DNA of 64,000 nt. Source: Penicillus capitatus. Its lineage: Eukaryota; Plantae; Chlorophyta. How positions within the stretch are numbered: position 1 is the first letter of the stretch; every line of letters begins with the position of its first letter. This document shows positions 40,024 to 48,281 of this stretch, piece after piece. The stretch lies in NCBI GenBank assembly GCA_965649825.1, contig OZ287697.1, positions 2,245,826-2,309,825 on the forward strand. The letters are read 5' to 3'. Position numbers and translations under genes: made by a program. The notes below the pieces were generated by a model. It was given only the letters and a program-made list of their open reading frames with translations, was not told where the DNA came from and did not search any database.

Positions 40024-41750
40024 ATGGGTTCAGTTCTTGTGCCCGTTCCCCGGACACATGGACATCGAACGGCGATCGCGGGAACTCAAACGTCTTTCCA
40101 AAAATCAACCGTTTTCCAGTCCAAGATGACCGGGAAGTCTTGGACAACCCGAGCGAGAGGACGCCTCGCCTGTCGAATCAGTGCCGTCGCCACAGGGAAA
40201 AACCCAAGCAGCGCGCCGGAGGTTGCAAAGAAGTCAGCAGAAATCAAAACGGACTCGAAGAAGCAAGTCACACCAGAGCTCGCTAAGGCTCTTTACGAAG
40301 ACATGTATCTCGGGAGACAATTTGAAGAGAAATGCGCAGAAATGTACTACAGAGGAAAGATGTTTGGGTAGGCCACCTAAAACGTCGACACTAAGATTGC
40401 TTTCTGACACGATCTGTGTAGCTTCGTTCATCTGTACTCTGGTCAAGAAGCCGTGTCCACCGGAGTGATCTCTTGTTTAAATAAGGATGATTATGTGTGC
40501 TCTACTTACAGAGATCACGTCCATGCGCTCAGCAAAGGAGTTCCTGCATCGTTGAGATACAACAATTGTGGATCTCCTTTTGATCTGTGTTTTGGCAGAG
40601 AGGTCATGGCTGAGCTGTTTGGAAAACAGACGGGAATCTGCCGAGGACAGGGTGGATCCATGCACATGTTTTCAGCTCAACACAACTTCGTATGTCAAAC
40701 CATTTTTGTCCTCTGCCTTTCATATCAGTAACATGTATAGCTCGGAGGCTTCGCGTTTATTGGAGAGGGGATCCCTATTGGCATTGGCGCTGCGTTTCAG
40801 GCAAAATATCGCAAGGTCTGTTCTGCCATGACATGAGCATGTGGATAGACCTCCTCTATCCGTAGGATGTATTGAAGGATGATTCAGCATTCCAAGTCAC
40901 CTGCTCGTTCTTTGGAGATGGCACATGCAACAACGGTCTGACATCGTTTTGCACAAACACATGTGGATTTGCGATAATTCAGGGCAGTTTTATGAGTGTC
41001 TAAACATGGCAGGACTGTACAATCTGCCACACATCTTCGTCGTGGAAAACAACCTGTGGGCAATTGGTATGAATCACAACAGAGCCACATCTGTAACGAT
41101 GGGGGATCATATTCCCTACATCTACAAGAAGGGGCCGGCGTTTGGATTTCCTGGTGTCCATGTTGACGGCATGGATGTGCTCCAGGTCACAATCGACGTG
41201 TATTCTTGAGATTCACAGCTGTTGTGGACTCAGGTGCGCGAGGTAGCATTGGAAGCAATCGAAAGAGCCAGAAATGGAGGCGGTCCCACTCTCATCGAAT
41301 GCGAGACGTACAGGTTTAGAGGCCATTCCCTGGCAGATCCAGACGAGCTGCGAAGCAAGAAAGAGAAAGAGATGTATATGGTATCTTGGAATCTTTCGAA
41401 TACCATCCCTTCATTGATTTTTGTTTTTGAAGGACCGGGATCCGATACCGAGTTTTAAGAAGGACATGGTCGCTGCCGGAGTTCTCACACCATCTGACTT
41501 TGACGAGATTGAAAAACAGGTGGAAACCAAGGTCGATAAGGCGGTTGAATTTGCTGATAAGAGTCCAAAACCTGTAAGATCAACCTGCTGCGTGTTTTAG
41601 CAAAACAGTCAGCTGGTTTGTCCTTTGTAGGAAAACGCACAATTGCTGGAGAATGTGTTTGCGGATCCAAAGGGGTTTGGAATTGCCGAAGACGGAAGAT
41701 ATCGCTTCGAGCATCGTGGATTCACAACTGGCAGTGTACAAGTGTCTTAA
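40024..41750 (+). CDS. pdhA: Plastid pyruvate dehydrogenase E1 alpha subunit with transit peptide, multi-exon
   Basis: MYYRGKMFG|[42 protein letters not shown]|[20 protein letters not shown], and the plastid-type tail [17 protein letters not shown]. Confidence 0.96.
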
Positions 41751-42219
41751 CTGCACGACCGTGTCGATTCTCTGCTTTGAGAAGAAGAGAGTTTTTAACC
41801 AAACCCAAAGATTCAAGCCGTCCTGCAACGTCTGTGTAGCACATGTCTCAAAAATCGAACGATCGAACTTCACCATCCGAGATCGTCTTTTCTCTGCTAC
41901 AAAGATCCTGATGGCAAATACGGTCTGTTGCTTACGAACACGATGACCAGTTGTTCTGCCAATCCGGTTGCCAGGTCACTTTAGCTATCCTTTCATGCAG
42001 ATCGCATGCATTAATTAAAGAAAAGAGTCGGTTTTGGCCGTTTCGGGCACAGTACCATGTTGATTAAGACAAGAGCACCAATGCATTTGAGCAACCATGC
42101 AGTTTACAAAACAAATCTCAATCAACAGCAGAACAATTGCTGATGAGCATTCCTGTATTGATGTAGGTACTGGGATGGCAACTTCCTTACAAAACCAAAT
42201 CATTGGTCATGTTGCTGTG

Positions 42220-43236
42220 CTACTCTCGCGGTTCGATCTTTGGAATTCTCTGGTAGACAAGCCAGGTGAAGAAAAGCACACCTGCCTCCGTTCCAAAAAG
42301 ATCGTGGCAGATGTGAAAGAGTGCATTCGTTTCAGGGCTTTCTCCATAAGTGTCTAGCAGAAAAACGAAAAAGAGATTCACACCAACCGACAAAACAGGG
42401 AAGAAGATGATCCTCCAATCATCAAGAATCTTGTATCCACGGTATGTCAAAACTGCCATGATCACTGTCAGAGTGATGTAGATGGGTATTTTGTAGCTGG
42501 TGTCCTGTATTGAGGGATCAGCACCGACAGTATACAGATAGGACGATCCGAAGAGACCCAGTGCAAAAGCGATATTGATCAACCGGGTCTTCCAGGTGTC
42601 CTCCAATACCAAGCTGTCAGCCCAGAGGGCAAAAGATGACAACAAGAAAAAGTAGAACATAAAGTTGAGCATCGTAAAATCATTCTCGTAGTACCAGGTT
42701 TGTGTGACATGCCAGCCAATCTCAGCAGTAATGGCGACCATGATGAATGCGAGTCCTAACTGAGAGGCAAAAACGGCTGAGCGATCGAGTTTGAGCTCCG
42801 GCAATCCTTCATAGAAAACTCGCATAGCGACAGGGATAAGAACAAAGCAGAAAACGTGCGTTGCGATCAGTCCAAGTTTCCAGCCACCGTTGACTGACAT
42901 TGTCGGTTCGACACTGCCCGGCAAAGTGTTCAGCACATAGACGAACCCGCCGAAAGCGATGGTGAGAAATATCCCCAGCCTTTGGAGTCGAGCATCGAAA
43001 ATCATTCCATCTCCGTCAAGTGTATTCGCCAATGCTTTGCTTTTTTCCGCTGTTTTGTCGCTGCTAGAAGCCTGACATGATTTGTCGCGCTTATCTCCAA
43101 GCGTCTTTGAGTTTTCGCTTCTTCCTCCGAGCATGCGCACACGAACAGGAGCTTTTATCGTGTGGAATGGCGAGATTTGGCGACGAACAAGGTGACAGGA
43201 CAGACGATGTGTCGCGTGGCAACGAAAAACGTCCAT
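42220..43236 (-). CDS. Uncharacterised polytopic (about 8 TM) membrane protein with transit-peptide-like N-terminus, intronless
   Basis: 338-aa ORF with eight hydrophobic segments and intramembrane polar motifs ATHVF, AEIGWH and HICHD. No family recognised with confidence. Confidence 0.75.
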   Translation of the reverse strand: MDVFRCHATHRLSCHLVRRQISPFHTIKAPVRVRMLGGRSENSKTLGDKRDKSCQASSSDKTAEKSKALANTLDGDGMIFDARLQRLGIFLTIAFGGFVYVLNTLPGSVEPTMSVNGGWKLGLIATHVFCFVLIPVAMRVFYEGLPELKLDRSAVFASQLGLAFIMVAITAEIGWHVTQTWYYENDFTMLNFMFYFFLLSSFALWADSLVLEDTWKTRLINIAFALGLFGSSYLYTVGADPSIQDTSYKIPIYITLTVIMAVLTYRGYKILDDWRIIFFPVLSVGVNLFFVFLLDTYGESPETNALFHICHDLFGTEAGVLFFTWLVYQRIPKIEPRE

Positions 43237-43693
43237 TCGAACAAATAGTTGGCTGTGGAGAGAAGCACTTCTTTTTTGGCTTCCTCTATAATGCGAAAAG
43301 AGAAGCTACACAAAACAGAGATACGGGAATGGTTGAATGCATCGCTCAAAACTGATGGACAGCGGTCGAAGCCAAAAATAGCTAGCATCCAATCGACATT
43401 GGTCTTTCGCCACCGTCGACTTGGACATCACACCAGGTGCCAAGGCTGTATCGTGTGAGAATGTGAATGTTCATCAGTTTCTGAGAGCCACCAAGGCGAC
43501 ATTGGGTAGACACGAAAAGGACGGGTGAGTGACAGATAGAGCATGCTGTTACCACTTCACGGTGTCCGATGGACTGTCCAACAGCGACTTCTTGACAGAA
43601 TTGAGGAGTGCAAAACTACTTCATTGACAGAGTTACAAAGGGTGGAAAGGAACGCTGGCACGAGTTCTCGGAGGTAACTGACCAGAGGGATAC

Positions 43694-45013
43694 ATGAGAG
43701 AGTTCGGAGGGGTGGGAAGGGTGACCAGTCCAAGACGTCCTATGGATCTCTCGACAGTGCCAACTCCAGGGGGATGGCTCCCAATCTCTGAACCCGAATC
43801 CGCGATCAAAGCCTCGGCACAGAGGCCCTTTCCGCATGCTGTGGAAACAGACGTCACATCAGACGCTGTTTCAGCGCCCACGGACGGCAGTCAAATCAAA
43901 CGTCGGACGTACGAGACTGTCCCATTTCAGCAGACGGCGACGTACTCCGCGCTCTGCTTTCCGAAAAAGGTTTGGTGTCCTAGACGTGACGGCGTAACAA
44001 ACAACGGCCTAGGCGTGATTCCTCTCTGCCTGCTGCGGACTCTGGCAGATCGTTTTGCAACCTGTCTGGACCGAGGGGCTTCGACCGAAGACCTGGAGGA
44101 AGACGTCTTCAAGAAGCTAGAAGACAACAGGGAATCCGTTGCCATTCCCTTGGACAACGGAGGAGAGCCTCATCTGCCCATGGTAAACAAACAAAATCTT
44201 CAAACTTTGGTTTCGAAAGGAGATTGTGCATGACAGGAGAGAGGAGGACGAGGCACCATCTGTGTGGATAAGCGAGAAGTGCCAGCCGCACTTCTAGGGG
44301 CAATCGACAGGACAAATTTTAGGACTCATCTCTACACCCTTAAGGTAAAACAATGAGAACTACTATCAGATCTGTACAAACTGATTGTGTGACAGGTGGG
44401 AGATTACATTCTTGCCCCGGAGATCATCGTCGAGAGGAAGACAGTGGCGGATTTCCACGCTTCCTTTATCAAGAGGAGGGTCTTCTCTCAGATCGAGAGG
44501 ATGACGCTCCAATACGAGCAGCCAATGCTGCTGATTGAATCCTACAAGGGGCACTATCGCCAGCGACGGTCACAAAGGACAGACCTGTCGATGCCATCCA
44601 AGGACATCATTTCTCGCCTCGTCCTCCTCGTCAATCAATTTCCATCACTCGGGTACTTAGTGATGATGCTTTTCTATTCCATAGACAGATGGTTTTTTCT
44701 GTTTTACAGATTGATCTGGTCATCATCTCTTGACGCGACCTGTCGTGTTTTCGTCGATCTGAAGGAGAATCGCTTCGATCCGGATCCGGATGAAATCGAG
44801 AGACGAAATAAAATGATGACAGATCATCTGACTGATTGGGACTCCATCGACATCTACAGGTGTGCCTTCTTCTTTTTGTCTATCTGTCGTAGTAGACATG
44901 TGTATAGGAATTTGCCCGAAAACTTAACTAGCATACACCAGAAGCTGCTAGAATCTGTTCTAGAATTAAATAACTCTTCTAAACAGTCATTTGTACTTTT
45001 CTTTAACTTGTAA
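43694..45013 (+). CDS. XPF-derived ERCC4 endonuclease-domain protein (variant A), no helicase-like N-terminus, 5 exons
   Basis: EEDVFKKL..VAIP linker, ICVDKREV, LK|VGDYIL..IIVERKTVADF, LLIE, IISRLVLL..FP.L.LIWSSS..AT. Introns at 44183-44236, 44345-44395, 44653-44709 and 44860-44907 are all GT-AG and keep frame. The start (ATG 43694) is uncertain. Confidence 0.7.
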
Positions 45014-45457
45014 AAGAAGAAACATAAAGTGTGACATCATATTGACTCCGGCTATGACCATAATTCTGCGACAGAATCGTAGTTTTTGGCTGCCTGTGAG
45101 AGTGACAGAGTGGGCATAGCTGTAAGCACAGCAGGTTCCGTCGGACATATTGAGTGCAACATCTATGTTCGACATTGCGTATCGGCTGCATGTTGTGAAT
45201 TCTCCACCGACAGTACCTGTTGAATTTCTGCCGAGACGATGAGACATGATTGTTCGGTTAAAGGAATATCGTAACACACAAACTCATTACAATGGCAGAG
45301 TTCAGATATGACGGATTGAATGTTGAACACGTACGGCGGCTTGTTCTTGGCACGACGATGCCAGTGTGTCGACGAACGTAACTCACGTCGGTCGTTATCC
45401 TTCATCATTCATCATTGCTTAGTGTCTCATACCACATGCAATAAAAACACTCATGGT
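44008..45457. repeat. Diverged partial copy of the array unit, homologous to 49939-51442
   Basis: Homology starts abruptly at CCTAGGCGTGATT (44008 vs 49939) and continues with substitutions and indels to the start of the exact array. Confidence 0.9.
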
Positions 45458-45547
45458 AAAACACAACAGAGCGAACGCACTGACTCGCAAAAGGAACACA
45501 GCAACAAAGAATAACAAGATGCGCCCCCAATGATATCTGTACATTCA

Positions 45548-46918
45548 TCAGGGCTGTGCTGCTCCTTTCTGCAAATCCTTAGCATCTTTATTCGGTTCCT
45601 CGGGGGAGGACGGAGGTCCAATCAGGGACAGGATGGTCGGTAGGAGGAGCAGGCCCGTAAACATGCCGGCGATAGTGGAAATGGAATACTGAACGAACAA
45701 ACGATTGCTAATGGCTGGATAATCCGAAAGAGCAGAGGGCAGCATTCCGAGAAAAGTTGTCACGCCGCCATTGAATACTGCAACGCCCATAGTCTGGAGC
45801 GCGTGTGTAGAACGTGTGAGACGATCCCCTTCGGCCAACATGAAATCTCGAGCAATGTGCGCACAGAACTCCACGGACAACCCAACCGTCACAATGAAAG
45901 CAACGTAGGCAGAGTAATCCAGATCGATAACAGTCCAACTGGTCATTCCAACCGTCAGCAGAACAGAGAGCAGCACGCAGACAGACACGATGAGCGCGGC
46001 AAAGATGTTGACGATGAGGGGCAGCATGATGACCGTCGCGACAGCCATGGAGATGCCTATCGCCTCTACCGTCTTCAACGCCAGGTCTTCGTACTGCTCG
46101 CCGATGGCATACACCACGTAGTCGAACGGATAGACCTCGATCGACTGTCGATCGAGGATGTCGCGTCCCTCCTGGAGGTGGTCCAGTTGACTGGGCACGC
46201 TCGTGAGGCCTCTGGCATAGACGTACGACCGCGTGCCCTTTGGCGTGCCGAAGGTGTTTCTCTCCGTCGTCGTCTCCTCGTCCAGGTTGATGAAGACTCT
46301 GGATGCACGTCCCGTCGCCGTGTTGTTCGGGAAATCCACCCAGTAGCTCTCGATCTTGCTGTCAAAGCCTTCGGGGTTCTCGTAGAAGTTGCGCTGTGTC
46401 AGCATTGGTCGATGAGGGCAGTAGCATTCCACCGAGTCCTTTTTGTACTGGCACCGTTCTCTCATTCCGACTGCCGCCTGCGGACAATGCGTCTCGCACC
46501 TCTGCTCACACTCTTCGGCTGACGCGACGCCGGCGCAGATGTTCTTCGACGGATGCGCAAAATCGGCAGAGGAGAAGCCATCGTAGTACCAGTGCACTTC
46601 GTCCATGCAGATCTCGTTCGAGCAGAACTTCGCTTCGACATACTGCGTGTAGAAATCCATCCACGACTGCGACATCAGCCGCTCCTCTGTTCGGTATCCT
46701 CCATCAACGTATTCGTACTCCGACTGCCTGGCCGCTTCAAACTCTTGAGGGTCTGTGTCGTCGACGGAGTCTCGGAACACGATGTTGATCTGCGACGTGT
46801 CGAAGTAGTCTTCCGAGGTTGTGAGGTAATCTTAAGTGTAACTCTTCGGGGACACAGACTCGCTCAAATCGAGCCCCTGTTCGAATGAAATCGTGTAGTA
46901 GATGCCAAACGGAGTCTG
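45548..46918 (-). pseudogene. Patched/NPC1-like (RND/SSD family) C-terminal half, 5'-truncated, with in-frame TAA at 46832-46834 (copy 1)
   Basis: FGIYYTISFEQGLDLSESVSPKSYT*DY, then ectodomain, then TM8-12 with VGLSVEFCAHIAR and GVAVFNGGVTTFLG. No N-terminal half is present upstream. Confidence 0.8.
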
Positions 46919-48281
46919 CTAGTGTAGCGAACATGTTCTCTAAAATTCAGATTATGAGACGACAACGTCGAGAATGTTTGACAACTCGTCAGAACAATTC
47001 AGCGCGCCGAACAGCAAAATGCGCACCTTGAACAACAACCACTAGACGGATGCTCTATGCAGCGAGAGGTAAATTTGTTATCTATCTGGGAATCCTTGGG
47101 AATAGTCAGACAAAACGCAACAATCGACCATAGCACTTCTTACACCGCATGCATCCTGAAAGTAGCGGGTTCGCTCAGAAAAAGGAGAGAAATGACTCAC
47201 CGCATCCTTTGCGGCAGAGCTTCATACAATGCGCTGCAGACGGATGACTGGCATGCTCCGAAGGAATCTCTCCGGTCCACTGCCCGATACCATGCCTTTG
47301 ATCTGCAACGCAGAACGGCATTCGGAGATTGGCCATTTCCGACTGTGTTTGGCAATACGAAGATTGGTCGGCGGTGCATCTGCCACGAAACGGCTCTCAG
47401 TGACACGTATCGGCAAGAAGAAGCATCTTACGAAGATAGCGGCGAAACCTGGTGCCTGTCTTGTCTGTCGTCGGTTCTATGTCCCCAACAGACAATGGAA
47501 TCTCGATGAGAGACGAAATATGTCGCTTACTTTCATCGATCTCATAGGAGCTTGCCTGTTCAGAACATTAAGGAATGCGTCGTGTCATAAGGGTGAGCGA
47601 GTGTCAGAAGACAGCGACTGCGTTAATCGCTCAGGTAACGAAAACCGCTCGTCATCTACCCGCCTGTGATTGTTACTGTCACTGGAACGGGGCGACAACT
47701 GTCAGAATTCGCCACACCAGATGCGTCACGACTGCCATGATGTCTCTTTTGAGCACACTCCGCACTGAAACTTAAAGACAGAAACGTCGGAGGTCATTGC
47801 GCCTCGAATTGCTTTACGTGGACAACCTCTTACCGTGCGTCATTTGGCCTTTAGTCACATCACCAGTCAGCGTTCCCGTCTGCCATACTCAATCGGCTTC
47901 TTTAGTGAATGCGGGACAGTTTTTAGCTAGACATGCACTCCCAAGATGAAAGACCACAAAGACAATGCTTCTCAGTGTCCACCGTCTTCTACAATGTCAC
48001 ATCCGTCCCGTCCAGAGTCTAGGATTCGTCGGCGTCGTCAGTTTTCCATCATTAAAAATGCATGCCATCTTTGCAACCAGCGTTTCTTCAATTTCGCCTT
48101 CAGGTTTGCAGTCGACGACCGTTTCCCACACCCCAGCAGACACTTCTTTCTGTAGGCCGCGCTCGGAATCTCTCTCGGCGCGACCGGTCTCGCCGCCAAG
48201 ACCTTCGACAGCACAGCTCGACGCTGCGGCGCGCGAGACCACAGGTGTCGCAGCGTCGAGTCGAAGACGCAAGGAAGCGCC

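Noticed and set aside
43979-44018. Short imperfect direct repeat CCTAG(A/G)CGTGA at the variant-A junction as a target-site duplication
   Set aside because: It is only 11 nt with a mismatch, 29 bp apart, and has no partner at the other end of the duplicated block. At most it is microhomology.
45803-46788. Long plus-strand ORFs (239 aa, 161 aa) over the Patched-like gene, and the 213-aa minus ORF at 47997-48638
   Set aside because: These are antisense shadows of GC-rich coding sequence, with low-complexity Arg-rich translations and no motifs.
46832-46834. In-frame TAA in the Patched-like gene read as Gln (the TAR=Gln code of some ulvophyte algae)
   Set aside because: TAA and TAG end other genes here (VHA-c, pdhA, NDUFA9, MIP), and 650-1100-aa ORFs contain no internal TAR while using CAA/CAG for Gln, so the code is standard.
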